From positions 107,200,001 to 107,264,000 of the forward strand of contig CM059431.1 in assembly GCA_030390025.1 (NCBI GenBank): a stretch of 64,000 nucleotides of DNA, written 5' to 3'. The translations under genes were made by a program, and so were the position numbers. Origin of the DNA: Squalus acanthias (lineage: Eukaryota). Positions 48,279 through 61,429 of the stretch are shown piece by piece (the stretch's first letter is position 1; the number at the start of each line of letters is the position of its first letter). The notes under the pieces were generated by a model. That model saw only the letters and a program-made list of their open reading frames with translations, ran no database searches and had not been told where the DNA came from.

Positions 48279-49400
48279 TGGCCTATAAATTCGGCCGTGC
48301 AGTGCCCATTTTTCAGGCACTAACCAACCTACTCAGCCCCCAAATATCTGAACTTGGCCTGACTGGAAGTGCGCCACCCGCCATATTGGTAAAGGAGGTC
48401 GCGGTAGCGGCAGGAGCACACACGGGGAACATTCAAAGTCAAGAATAATGCATGTAAATTAGGGCCCTATGCTTCTTGCAGGACCCGCTGTAGAGTTTCA
48501 ATCGCCCCAGCGCTTCACTCACCGTCTGCTGAACTCGCACAGCACAAGGTGGCGTTCACCGGCAGGAAGACATTCCATACTTACCTGAATGTGAAGCCAG
48601 GAGGAGCAGGAGTCCTCCTGACAGCATATTAAAAGAAGACGAGCTGCACTGCCCCCCCATCCCTCCCCTCCCCTCCCCAGCCCCCACCCTGGCCACCGAC
48701 TGCACCCCCCCACACCGGCTCGGAGCCTGAACGCCCGACCCTTCCTCACTTACCCATGTGCCGCTGTGACGCCAGCAGCGACCCGGTCTTCATTGACGAT
48801 ATGCCGACAGCTCTGTGCAGCTCACCGGCTCCTCTGAAATGAGGCCCGAGGCCCAATATCGGGGGCGCCTCAGGCCTCACCGTTCAGACCCAGGGATTGT
48901 ACCCTGCTCTCCCTGCGCACCCAAATGTGTGAGCGCCTGAATTTCTACAACCATGGCCGGAATTCTGCTGATTAGACCCGGCGGGAGTGGGGGAGGGGCG
49001 GGTGGTGTGGGGAGTGGGGGTCCGATCCCAGTGGGTGGCTGATGGTGGGGGATATCGGGGGGTGGGGGGGGGGGGAGTGCCGGGAGGAAGCACTGCTGCT
49101 CCTCCCGGCCTGCAAGGATTGCTCCCTGAGCCTATCTTCGCCTCGCTGCAGCTGTCGGGAATCCCGAGGCCTGGGATCGCCGGCCGGCCACAGTTAAACC
49201 TGGGTAGCGGGTTAAAGCAGAGGCTTCCAGCTTCATTATAATATTGAAAGTGCCAGCCCATCTCCTGGGAGTGCGTTGGCTGCCCGCCACCCCCCCATCC
49301 CTCCTCCATTAAACCCGGAAGTGGGCAGGTTGGAGGCGGGATTGGGTCGGGATTCACATTTTTAACACTTTAACCTCCCACCCGACTTCTTCTTTGGGGT
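48279..49400. mobile_element. Adjacent GC-rich Harbinger-type non-autonomous elements
   Basis: GGCCTATAAATTC...GAATTTCTACAACC, then GGCCGGAATTCT. Shared MITE motifs. Boundaries are approximate. Confidence 0.5.
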
Positions 49401-50867
49401 TATGTCTGGATCAGAAATTGTACATAATGGAAGTGAATGGGGAGGCTTTGAATGATTGGAATTCTGTACTATAGGAATGAATGAGAAGTGTTGTGGAATT
49501 CTAATCATGCTTAAGCTGATCAAAGTGAAGAGATTAATGATATTATTGCCAGTTAATCACATTTTGGAATGTTTACTCTGATTTATTTTTTTTGTTCTGA
49601 ATTACAGAAGTAAATTTTGTTAACCAGTCAATGAGAACAGTGCCTTTTTCAGTGTGGGTGAAAAAAATCGTGCTCATTATTTTTTCCAAACAGTCACCTT
49701 ATTATGTACATATGTCAACAAAACGTTAATTTCTATCCTGACAGTATTTGCTAAGTATTAACCTTGTGCTTAATTAAGGTGCTGGGTACAGAGATACGAC
49801 CAAGAGGCTGCGAAAGCAAACCCTGTTGGTAATGAATTCTAAATACAGTAGATGTAAAAGAGCCTGCCTGAAGGTGGTAATGGAGAAAGAATCAGTTAAC
49901 GGATAGCAAACCCATTCCGAGGGCCAAAATTGATTACAGCCAATCAAAAGTTTAAAACCCATCTGTAACTGGTGAACGTGATTGACTGACTCTTCCCGTG
50001 CAGCTCTCCCTGAAGCCTCACTGTAAACCTACAGCAAGTGCACGCCGAGGAAATTTCATGACTCACTGCACACTGACAGGACCATCTGCTGAGACTACAC
50101 AGCTTAGAAATGGGCTGGATGGATTCTGACATTCCGCCTGGGACCCTGTCTGGATGATCAGCTTGCAGCAGTTTGGGGAAAGCTGTAATCGCTTCTCTGT
50201 GATCGATGATCAAAGTAAACCTGCCCACCGGTGGCCACGGTGCAGTGGCTTCGGGAACTGCTGCTAATGATAAAAGAATTATGCAAGTCGCTGCCATCAA
50301 TTGTGCCTCTTTCCCCCGTCCTTCTTTCCACTTCCCACTTCCTCTCCTGAAGGCTTGGACTTCTTGTCGGGCTACAGTGTTGGCCTCCAGTATCTCACCC
50401 GAGGGGCCGTTCATCCAGTGTGAGCCGAGGCAGTGATTGCTTGCCTGCTATTCGACCATGAGAGCCATCACAGCTGAATGCCAGCCATGAGCTGTTACAA
50501 CAACATGCACTTGTATAATGCCTTTAACGTAATATAACGTCCCAAGGTGCTTCACAGGAGCCTTATCAAACATTACCATTGCAGCACAGAAGCAGGCCAT
50601 TCAGTCCATTGTGTCTTTGCCAGCTCTTCGCTAGAGCAATCAGCTCTCTCCCTATCATCTCATATCTCCCTCTGCTTCAAATAATGATCTGAGTTTCCCT
50701 TAAGAGGTGCAATAGCCTCTGCCTTAACGATTCTTTATGGCAACGCAATCCATTCTCCAACAGCATGCCACATAAAGAAATTTCTCCTAACCTCTCCCCG
50801 CACTCTCTTAGTGATTATTTTAAATTGACAACCCCTCATCGATATCTGCCTAGCCAGAGGAAACAAT

Positions 50868-51702
50868 GGGCCATAATTTGCTATAGCAGACAACGAATGG
50901 TGTCCAGCATTAGTTCGACTTTCCCCGCCCGTTTAATCATGATGATATTTTATGCCACAAGTTGCTGAGAGTGTGAGCTGATAATGGCGCAGCGAGGGGA
51001 AAGCGGGCATCTGGGACCTGAGTGAACAGGGCAAGCAACAGGGTATCTCCTTCACCAATCAGATTGAAGGATTGTGAAATTAACAGCACAAGGACTGAGG
51101 AGGAAGTGTAAATTAGAGAGGGTGAATTCAATTTCAAATCAGGTACAGAAAGAGAAATAACGAGAGGGAAAGAAAGATTGGATTAGGAGAGAAAGAGAAA
51201 AAGAGACAGAAAGGAAAATAAATACATTTTAAATTTTAGATTTTTTAAATATCCAACAACAATTAAAACCTGAAGGAATGAGACTCTACACTTGTAATAG
51301 TTCATTTTCATTGCCAGAGAGGTTCATTGGCGGTAATTAACACTTAGCACATCGTTAAAAGAATCTCTGACAGATAATCCAGCTTTCATTAAATGCGCGC
51401 GGACCTGAAATGGCTCAAAATGTGGTCCTTGCGTCACTTCAGACCAGCTTTAACTTTCTGTGGCCAGTTTAGTTCGTATCTACCAAGCAAGCAGAGCAAC
51501 TTCACGCCGTTCGATGCATGTCAATGGTCAGGCAGACAGCGAGATGCCGTTTTCGTGAAGCTAACGGCGGAGCGATGCAACTGTTGGATATTTGCGTTTA
51601 ACCGCGCACCTGCTGCTTGTCTGAAGTTGCTGTACCATTTGCGCATAAATAACGGCGAGCACCATTAGCCTCACCATTATTTTTCATGGCAAATTACGGC
51701 CC
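50868..51702. mobile_element. Harbinger MITE with AAT TSD (partial relative at about 53745-54135)
   Basis: TIR GGGCCATAATTTGC / GCAAATTACGGCCC, with AAT on both flanks. Confidence 0.85.
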
Positions 51703-51705
51703 AAT

Positions 51706-51990
51706 CATTCCCTGTTAGGCAACAAACTATTTCTTGTACCCTGGCCAGAAGAGCAAGAGATTTGCTGGACGAGGTTCCCCACATATGGGAACAGTTATCA
51801 AGCGCTGGGCGTAATTGAGCTTTATAAGGAGTTAAGACTTGATGAGGAGAAAAATAAACGATTGGCAAAAAAAATGGAACATGAACCACTTGGAGACAGC
51901 TATAGCAATGGACTTGATGTGAGATTTCTGTCTGAGACCAGAGGAGATACAGAGGCCAAGGGAACAGTTGAAGAAAGGCTAACGGGTCGG
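51706..51990 (-). mobile_element. Old LINE RT C-terminal remnant
   Basis: LTPYKAQLRPALDNCSHMWG...LARVQ resembles the YKxxxRPxLEY LINE motif. Confidence 0.5.
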
Positions 51991-52213
51991 AATTGCCTTG
52001 TGAAATAGTAAACAAAGATGTGAAGTGATTGCTGTAGTTTGGACTTGCAAGGGAGGTGAAGAAATTGTGTTTTCAAAATGTAACTAGAATTTAATTGCAC
52101 CATCGAAACGTATGGAACAGATCACGATTCGGCAATCGACCATTGCACTTTGAGAGGAATTAAGGTTGTTTGCACTGCAGGCAAGTAATCTGAAGGAAGG
52201 TGATGAATATACG

Positions 52214-52760
52214 CCCTGATTTTAACAGGGTGGGAATTGTGCAGGGGAGGCTGAGGTGAGCAGCGTGAGGCTTCGCCGATTTTAACCCTCGGGTCTCATC
52301 TGCGTGCCCCCAGTCAGTCGCCCGCCCGAAACTGGCAAGAAGTGACAGCTGGCCAATGGGCGGAGCAGACTATCGGGTGGCAGATTATTCGCGGGAAGGG
52401 GGTTTTGGGAGGACCTCATGATCGGGTGGGGGAGACTGGGGCAGGGAAGGTGTAAAGCACCCCCACCCCCACCCCCGAGCTTACCTGTGTGGGCCTCTAC
52501 TGGTCACCACTCTTCTTCCCGCTAGGTTCACCTGGCGGATAAGCCACGATGGCGTTCCCACTCAGGCCACTGGTTAAAATAGCAGTCGGGCCCCGATGAC
52601 ATCATCGGAGCCCAATTTGCATCTTTAAAGAGGAAGCCCACTGGTTTCCGGAGGGTGTCCTTCCTGCCTGCTCAGAAGATCAGGGTTCAAATGGAAGACT
52701 GCAGGGTGGGAGTGGGACTTTGGCGGGTAATTCTCCTGGGCGATTTTAACCCCGCCCATC
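52214..52760. mobile_element. Harbinger-type MITE related to those at 46495 and 47284
   Basis: Repeated GATTTTAAC / GTTAAAAT and a gatgacatcatc motif. Confidence 0.55.
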
Positions 52761-54334
52761 CGGCGGAAACATATGTAGAGTGTAAGCATTAGCAAAAAAG
52801 TGAACAGGGTTGGATAACAAGCGCCTGCTTTAGAATCAGCAGAGGAGAAATTTGCATAGTCTGGTACCGGTGGTTCGAGCTCACTTGAACCAAGTGTTGC
52901 TGAATTTGCTCCTCCCTGGAGGATTTATTTATTTAATTTCACCACTGTATTTTGGAACTATGAAAAGAACGAGCAGTGATCATTTATGAACACACAGTCA
53001 AGATGTAGACACAACACCTGCTGCTGTAACACTACAATATATTATATTAATATTGCATTGTAATAGTGTAGCAGAAATACTGCTGTGTCGCTTCTCTTCG
53101 ATATATGTTTGTCCCCCATTTTTATGCCTCCACTTATCATAGTTGCTCAATTCACTTAGTTGCTAGGACAGGCAAAGGGTTACGCACACTTGGGCTATCA
53201 CTGTTGATGCCATTGCTGTTCGTTGCACAGCTGATTGAAGGCATGCTTACGCAGGGATGAGATGGATAAAATGTCAGTGTTCCATAAATCATTCTATTTA
53301 GGAGAGCCAGCTGGGAAAATGCTGAAACTCATCACACTTGTGGTGATTTGTGTGTCAGTGTCTTGGACCCATCATTGCACATGTGAAATGAAGGCAGGAA
53401 TCTAAACATTTTCAAACTCTATGACTCCTCATTTTCTTCGCCAGCAGAAACCTGGGAGAGACTCCGGTCCAATGAAGATGAATGAATACGTAAAACTATT
53501 TTCAGCCCTGTCATGCATGACAGCACTAAACCTGCATATAGATGAGACAAACGTGGATCTAATGCCGCTGCTTCTCATGGCCACCATGGGCTGTGCAAGA
53601 ACGGCCACAGAGAGCAGCATGAAAGTTCAATAGAAATTAAAGCTTTTTAAAATTTAGTTTAGCCAATAATCCTAATTAGCTGCAGATGTACCTTAATCTT
53701 TATTGTTAACTGTTTAGTTGGACTTGATTCCTGCACGATTCAGCTCAAAATTGTTTTGGCCTGATATGCGGCGAGGGCAACAGGGCATCTGGGACCTAGG
53801 TGAACGATGGGACCTTTCCTGAAGCAAGGACATTTAAAGATTGAGGAATAGACAGAGGAAAGACTGAAAAGTAGTGTAAATTAGAGTAGGTGAATTCAAT
53901 GTCAAATCAGGTACAGCAAAAGAAAGAAAGAGAGGGAAAGAAAGATTGGATTAAGAGAGAGAGGAGAAAAAAATGAGACAGAAAGGAAAAGTAAGAAAAT
54001 TTTAAATTTGACATTTTTAACATCGGCAACAACAATTCACTACCTGAAGGAATGAGACTCCACACTTTTAATTTTTCACTTTCTGGGCCAGAGAGGTTGA
54101 TTGGCATTAATTAACAATTACCATGTTGTTAAAGTTCTGTTAATTTAGGTGAAGAGAGGTGATTTCCCGAAGGAACAGTTCAATATCTACAGTTAAAAAA
54201 TGTGATTTAAAACTTACTGTTGAAGAATTATGGAGACTGATATTATTCACAAAAAAAAAATTGGTGAGCAACTATTGGCAGTTTTTATTGCCTCTGTCTG
54301 CTATGTTTAAATTGCATTCATAGGAATTATAGCA

Positions 54335-54665
54335 CCATAGAATCTTACAGCACAGAAGGAGGCCATTCGGCCCATCGTGCCTGTGCCGGCTCTTTGAAAG
54401 AGCTCTCCAATTAGTCCCACTCCCCCTGCTCTTTCCCCATAGCCACACAAATTGTTCCTTTTCAAGTACATGGCTAATTCCCTTTTCAAAGTTACTGTTG
54501 AATCTGCTTCCATCACCTTTTCAGGCAGTGCATTCCAGATCAGAAAAATTTCTCATCACCACTTTGGTTCTTTTGCCAATTATCTTAAATCTATGTCCAC
54601 TGGTTACCGACCCTCTCGCCAGTGGAAACAATGTCTCCTTATATACTCTCTCAAAACCCTTCATA
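54335..54665 (-). mobile_element. CR1 3' fragment
   Basis: Reverse complement of the 5430-5843 family. Confidence 0.8.
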
Positions 54666-55582
54666 GCCTCCTTCATAAGGAAGTCAATGCAGATATCTTA
54701 ACCAGTGCGCTTAAAAATGCCCACAGAGGAAATTAAATCCAAAGTAATCAAGATCTATAAAACTCCTCTCTTCGACCAATGTTTCCATGATGAGTAGCTC
54801 AATTGCAGTATACGGCAGAGAACCTAAAGTATATCAGTGCATCCCCTGTGGCATGGCATTATATCAATGAACACACGGTATTAGCATTTATTTGGCTGCT
54901 TACGCGAAGCTGTGTGAAATGTTCTGGCCTGTTGCCTTGAGGCCAGTGGGTTTATTTGATTTAAATAGATACATGCTGAGGTCAACCAGATGCTAATTTC
55001 TGTCAGGCATTGTCACTAATGAACTGCAGAACAAAATGGCCAACTCGCTATCACCCGGTGTACACTATTTCGCACATGTTAAGATCTACCCCACTGTGTG
55101 TGAAATGAAGGTGAGTTTGGACTCCCCTTTTTCTGATGTACCAGCAGGTCAGCGTAGCTTTCCAGGGGGGCTGGATGTTAACACACAACTGAAGACCCAA
55201 GCAGACCACACCTGAAAAACTGCTTTGGAGCCCTTTGTTAATCAGTGAGAACAAATATGCAAAAAAATAAAATCATCTAATTGTCCTGGTGACTCTAGCG
55301 CTTGTCTAAAACTGTGAACAAATCCAGTGTGCCCAGAAAGCCTCGCTTTAGCATAGGTGATCAAGACGTGAACAGCGCAGCCATATTTCATAATTTGAAA
55401 GGTAAATTGGTATAACTTGCTTCAATAGGAAATGTGTCTTGGGAGTGAAAACCTTTACTTTGTCATACATAAGAAATGTGATTAAGTGTTTAAAAAAGAA
55501 CATTCAAACCTGGAAATCTAAAATAAAGGCAGAAAATGATTTTAAAAAAAAAACACATTAGCAGCCTGTCAGCAATTAAAAG

Positions 55583-55770
55583 AAACAGAAAAACTTGCAT
55601 TTATATAGCGTCTTTCATGACCTCAGGACGTCCCAAAGCACTTTACAGCCATTGAAGTACTTTTGAAATGTAGAGATTGTTGTAAAGTAGGAAATACGGC
55701 AGCCAATTAGCGCACAGCAAGCTCCCACAAACAGCAACGTGATAATGACCAGATAATCTGTTTTTAATGG
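55583..55770 (-). mobile_element. SINE 3' fragment
   Basis: Matches about 24476-24650. Confidence 0.8.
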
Positions 55771-56424
55771 TTAATGCTTTGGATAGAACAGAGATGCTTG
55801 CAGGTCTCACTATGCTATGACGTACAGTAGAGGATTCATGAATGCACACAATCACTACACCTTAAACTCAATTAGCCCATGCACTAGCTGTAACATTCAA
55901 GCAAGGTGCCTCAATAACTGTACCATGCTCAATATTTTTTCTTGTAAAAATATCTTTAACTTAAACATCACCTGTTATGAATACCAGGGACTTTCTGAGA
56001 GCAGGTTCAGAACAAATTTAAGAAGCTTGTTGGTGCCAACTGGTCCTGCTTCTGTGAGCAATGTTTATGATTTGTTTAAAAGAAAGGAAGACTTGCATTT
56101 ATATATTATTGCTATTGAATTGCCAGGCAATTCAGGCAGTAACATTGGGAGTTTGATGACTAAGTAACATTTTCCATCCTTCCCTTGTCCAGTATAGCCC
56201 CAAGCAGTATTTGAATAAATAATTTCCTTGAGTCCATTAAACACAGTTATGACATACAGATATATTTTTTTTTTGCAAAGTAACTATATGGGTTGAGTGG
56301 AAAGATCCATTTACAATGACTGTCCTGGTCCATGAATTTCTGTGCATTTAATCACAAGTAATGGTTCTGCCTTATCTGCAAGATCTAAACTATCAAAATT
56401 AAAATCACTGTTTTATTTCCCGGA

Positions 56425-56570
56425 CAAAAAGCAAAAAAACTTCAGATACTGAAAATCTGAAATGAAAACAGGAAATGCTGGTGTCACTCAGCAGGTCAAT
56501 CAGCTCTCTAGAGAGAGCGCAGATGAATTAATGTTGTATGTGTGGACCCTTCCTCAGAACTTGAAGAACT
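56425..56570 (-). mobile_element. Degraded PLE 3' terminus
   Basis: aaatctgaaatgaaaacaggaaatgctgg...gacccttcctcagaact. Confidence 0.65.
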
Positions 56571-57542
56571 TACAGATGAACTGCATTTAAAAAGGAACAG
56601 AACACAGGGAAGAGTAGGGATACACACACACACACACAGAATGAGCTGAATACTAGATTGATGTCCAGCCAGGGTTCTTGCATCAAAGCAATTTGGATGC
56701 CACCACCCCCATCGTAAAGGGATGGTGGGGGCTCTTTTGCCTTTGGTTGCAGCCCACCTAGCAGATCGTACTTTGAATTTAAAAACCATAAGGAAGGCAG
56801 CAGAAAGCCACCTCAGCTCCTCTTCCCCAGTAAGTGGCTCAAGAATCTCGTGTGTGAGACTTGAGGTAGGACCTGCTCTCGGGCAGAATGCACAACGGAC
56901 GGATGAGACACACGCAAGTGCAAATAGCTGAGGTGGTGGTAGTGTTTTGCGGGGGGGAGGGGTTGGGTAAGAAAGGTAAAATAGAAACAGCAAAAACTGG
57001 CAAAGCAGAGTAAGCTTTCTTTTAATTTGTTCATGGTATGTGGGTGTCGCTGGCAAGGCCAGCATTTATTGCCCATCCCTAATTGCCCTCGAGAATCCAG
57101 TGCCTGGGAGGAGAAAGAAGTAGGCCAATGCCAAGGCTGCATCTTAACTTTAAAAATAAAAATTCCATTCTGATCAGCTCCCTTGCTGAGTCAACTGAGG
57201 AGAACGTTGCTGGGGCCAAAGATGGGGGACAGCATGAACAACCTCCCTCCCTTCAATGGTGCGCCAAAACCAGAGTTTCCATGGGCTTGAGGCAGGAGGG
57301 TGCACCTGCCCGTCTTGTACTAATGACTTCACAAACTCTGATGGGGTGAGTGCTGGAGGGCACCATTGGGTGCCACACTAGAGTAACTAGCAGGGTTATC
57401 AACCAAAGAATTTTGGGGCCCTGGTTTTTACCATGCCTACAAGAGGAATAACTTGCCGACAAAGGTTATGGATCCTGACAGGACGCTGTGTGCATATTAG
57501 TGTACAAATGCTTATCATGTTCACATGACATTCCTTTATCTG

Positions 57543-57995
57543 CTGATAAGTGATACATTTTGGTAGGAAGAACGAGGAGAGGCAATATTAACTAAAGGGT
57601 ACAATTCTAAAGTGGGTGCTTGAACAGAGAGACCTGGGGGTATATCTGCACAAATCGTTGAAGGTGGCAGGGCAGGTTGAGAAAGTAGTTAAAAAAGCAT
57701 ACGGGATCCTGGGCTTCATAAATGGAGGCATAACGTATAAAAGCAAGGAAGTTACGATGAACCTGTATAAAACACTGGTTCGGCCTCAACTGGAGTATTG
57801 TGTCCAGTTCTGGGCACCGCACTTTAGGAAGGATGCGAAGGCCCTAGAGAGGGTGCAGATAAGATTTACAAGAATGGTTCCAGGGATGAGAGACTTCAAT
57901 TATGTGGATAGACTGGAGAAGCTGGGGTTGTTCTCCTTAGAGCAAAATCCGATCAATTGTGATGGATGATCTAGGGTGGGCCGAATGGCCTACTT
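57543..57995 (+). mobile_element. CR1 fragment
   Basis: ORF 57616..57969 EQRDLGV...LEYCVQFWAP. Confidence 0.88.
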
Positions 57996-59591
57996 CATCC
58001 ATTTTCTTTGTACAGATTTGCTAACGTAGGTTAAGTAGTAAAGTTTTAACATTGCTGACTACTCAGATTTGTCTTACTGATAACCAACGCTGAAATAACA
58101 TGCAGGACACAGGGATTTTTGAGGTTGGCCACTATCAAAACACAGTACTGCTATCACTCTATAATCAGCTTCATTCAGGGTTGCAATTTCAAAGTTTCAA
58201 AGTTCTTTGGGAACACTTCATTACAGAAATTAAAACCTAATTGCATCTTAATCTACATAACTACGCATAATTATACATGTTTATTACTTCTCAAATGAGT
58301 AATCTTTCTCGCGTTAGCTTTGAGATAAAATTATTGCAAAGCATTTAAATAGCATTAGGAAATTTGATTCAAATCAGTTGAGTGAATTTACACCATTAAA
58401 TCTTTGGTGTTTTAAAATTTAATTAAAAGGAATTTATTTTCAGTGGTTGCCCAGTGCTTTTCTAAGTCAGTGCAGAAACAAAGCTTCATCATAATGGTGT
58501 ATGACAACAACCCTCCTGAATTATCTTGAACATCTTGCTGGCCAACTTTCACCCTTCTTCTCCTGAAGGTGGCATTTCATTGCTGAGATAGGGGGTCAGC
58601 TTTTCAAGTGTCGGCCATCAGCTTCTTGCCTGAAGAACGGGCAAGCACCCTTGGACGACTATTTTCCTGTCTGATTCATTTTCAAGCAGGCCTTTAAATG
58701 GGCGCCCACCCGTAACAGGTGGAAGGCAGTTTAAATGTGCAAATCATGGTTGCAGGACCCCGATTGCAATATGCCATTTCACAAGTTACTATGCTCAAGT
58801 AATGAGCCGGTGGCTACCTGAGCCTGTTGTAGCTGGGCTCACCTTGAATGTATGGCTGTCGCAAGGTTGTCGTAAGAGGAGGAAGTTGCCTGGGAGCTGT
58901 CTTTCCGCACTGGCTTCTGCTTCAAGTAACTCGAGCAGCGACGATTATCTTAAATAAAAGATTCATGACTACTGCCTTGGAAGGAGTGACATCATCAATA
59001 ATTTCCTGAATGTTGGAGAATCCCGTGATGCGGGGGGGGGGGGGGGGGTGGGCGGCGGATGGCAGGGCCTTCTCATGCTGCTGCTGGCTTTCCCAGGGGT
59101 AAGTGATGACAATGTTTGTCCCTGGTGAACAATGCATCAGTGCCCCACTTGTTGCAACTGTGCACTACAGATAGACTGATGTTGCAGATATGTCCTGAGA
59201 TAGCTTGGCAGGAGCCAAAGTTCAATGTTGTGGTGACTTAACTGCAATTGCGTCTTTGTGGTCAACATTTGCAGGTGAAACTCCAGCAGATGGCACTGTT
59301 ATGTTTTGGGTTTTTAACTCTGGAGTATTTTCTCAGCTGTCGAATCTCGGACCGATCCAACAGGTGGCCCCTCACTTTCTATAACCTAGAGTGTGCCTTT
59401 ACCTGCCCAATGCCGAGGTCATTTTTAGGAAGCTGAGGCATTGAACAGCAAAACTTCAAGGCTTTCTTTCGGCTATTCGCTTGACTGGGAAGGTGGTACC
59501 ATAAACACTTCAGTAGACTGCAGCTTAAGCTATGAACCGCCGAACCAATTTATTAACCAGCAAATGGGTAAGTGAACAGAATGAATGGCAC

Positions 59592-60154
59592 TAAAATAGG
59601 AACAGAAAATGCTGGAAATACTCAGCAGGTCAGGCAGCATCTGTGGAGAGAAAAACAGAGTCAACGTTTCAGGTCGATGACCCATCGTCTTCTGACTCTG
59701 TTTCTCTCTCCACAGATGCTGCCTGACCTGCTGAGTATTTCCAGCATTTTCTGTTTTTATTTCAGATTTCCAGTACAGGAAACTCTCTTTTAACCGGCAC
59801 CCAAATAACCGGAAATCTCTCTTAACCGGCAAAATTCTTGAGTAGGTAACCGGGGTTTTCCTTCATCTCTTCTTTAAAAATAACTTTAAAAAAAACCCCG
59901 AGGCGTTTGCCTTGTATCGGAGCATGTAGATTGGGAGGGGAATGTGCAGCCCGGGTAGGCAGTGGACACGACAGATGGTCAGCTGGCGGTCCCCGGGGAG
60001 ACGGAGCTCCGAATGCAGGCGCATGTCAGTGTGTACGGGGCTCTCGTACGTTGGGAGATATAACTCTCCATTATCCGGACTTTTTGATTAACCGGCACCA
60101 CGCCGGTCCCGTCGGTGCCGGTTAATAAAGAGTTTCCTGTATTTTGCTTTTGTA
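59592..60154 (+). mobile_element. Short palindromic PLE insertion with a 14-bp TSD
   Basis: Arms at about 59595-59663 and 59693-59762. AGAATGAATGGCAC at 59578-59591 and 60155-60168. Confidence 0.85.
59776..60139. mobile_element. Tc1/mariner (pogo/Tigger-like) MITE with TA TSD
   Basis: About 25-bp TIR CAGGAAACTCTCTTTTAACCGGCAC / GTGCCGGTTAATAAAGAGTTTCCTG, flanked by TA. Confidence 0.88.
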
Positions 60155-61007
60155 AGAATGAATGGCACACTGTGGATTTACCGTAGTTATTGGCTGACCT
60201 ATTCATCCTCAGAATGCAGGAACATAATAGTTGCATTTGCTTCACTAAACAACAAAGCAAATTGGATTGGACAGAAGGGGGGTAATTTTTACCTTCACTA
60301 ACTGACGGAACAGATCTCCCGCCTGTTAGAGAGCCCAACCGATTTTCATTTCCGTTAAAATATATTGGGCGGGCTCTATAACTGGCAGGCAATCCACTCT
60401 TTCCAGTCTACCGCCCAGGCACTGAAGGTGAAAATATACCCCAAGGACCCTTAATATTAACCTTTACATGTAATTTATTGCTGACCTTCCATTAAGTCTC
60501 TCTGGCCTATATTTCTCTCTCTAATGACTTCAGACTGAATATTCAATTTTTAACAAGGCAGGGTGAGAAATACTTCACAAATAAATGGCGGCGGGGAAGG
60601 AAATTTAAATATCTGTCTCGTGAACTCAGTAAGAGCTGCCAACCAAACATATATACAAAGAAAAGACACAAGGTGCTTGTATTTGAATTAAATGATTCAG
60701 CTTCTCCCTTGGACCCACCTGACCAGACACAATGCTGAAGTTCTCGTAACAAAATAAACGGAACCATTTTCTGTGAGTTCCCCCATTTTTTGATTTAATA
60801 TGGACCATGAAAGAAGGAAAGAAACAGACGAGCATACAACATTGGCGGCTAGGAAGAGACCAGCTGGTCCATCAAGCCTGCCCCGCACCATGATGGCCGG
60901 AGCTTCATGGCTAAGCACTTCCTCCCTATTCCCCCACCCCATCCCCCGCGGCCATGTAATTTCCTGAGAGAGGGGAGAAAAAAAGAGAAAAAGCACAGGG
61001 CCAATTA

Positions 61008-61263
61008 CAAAAACAACAACTTGTATTTATAGAGCGCCTTTAACGTAGTAAAACGTCCCAAGGCGCTGCACAGGAGTATTTTAAGACCAAAAAATTGACA
61101 CCGAGCCACATAAGGAGAAATTAGAGCAGGTGACCAAAAGCTTGGTCAAAGAGGTAGGTTTTAAGGAGCGTCTTATTAGAGGAAAGAGAGGTAGAGAGGC
61201 GAAGAGATTTAGGCAGGGAATTCCAGAGCTTAGGGCCTAGACAGCTGAAGGCACAGCCACCAA
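61008..61263 (-). mobile_element. L2 3' end inserted in an older CR1-like tail (about 60835-61425)
   Basis: Near-identical to about 28018-28275 and 62110-62365. Confidence 0.8.
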
Positions 61264-61429
61264 TAAGAGAAAAAATACCCTGGAAAATTCCTCTCCGATC
61301 CCTTCAGGCGATCAAAACCAGTCCAGGAGCTCACACGGAGCAAGTGTTATCTGTAAAGATACTTACCTTTTATCTCTGCCGAAGTCAAGAACCGGTTCAG
61401 CTCCCTCCTGAAGGCAATGCAGAGAGTCA

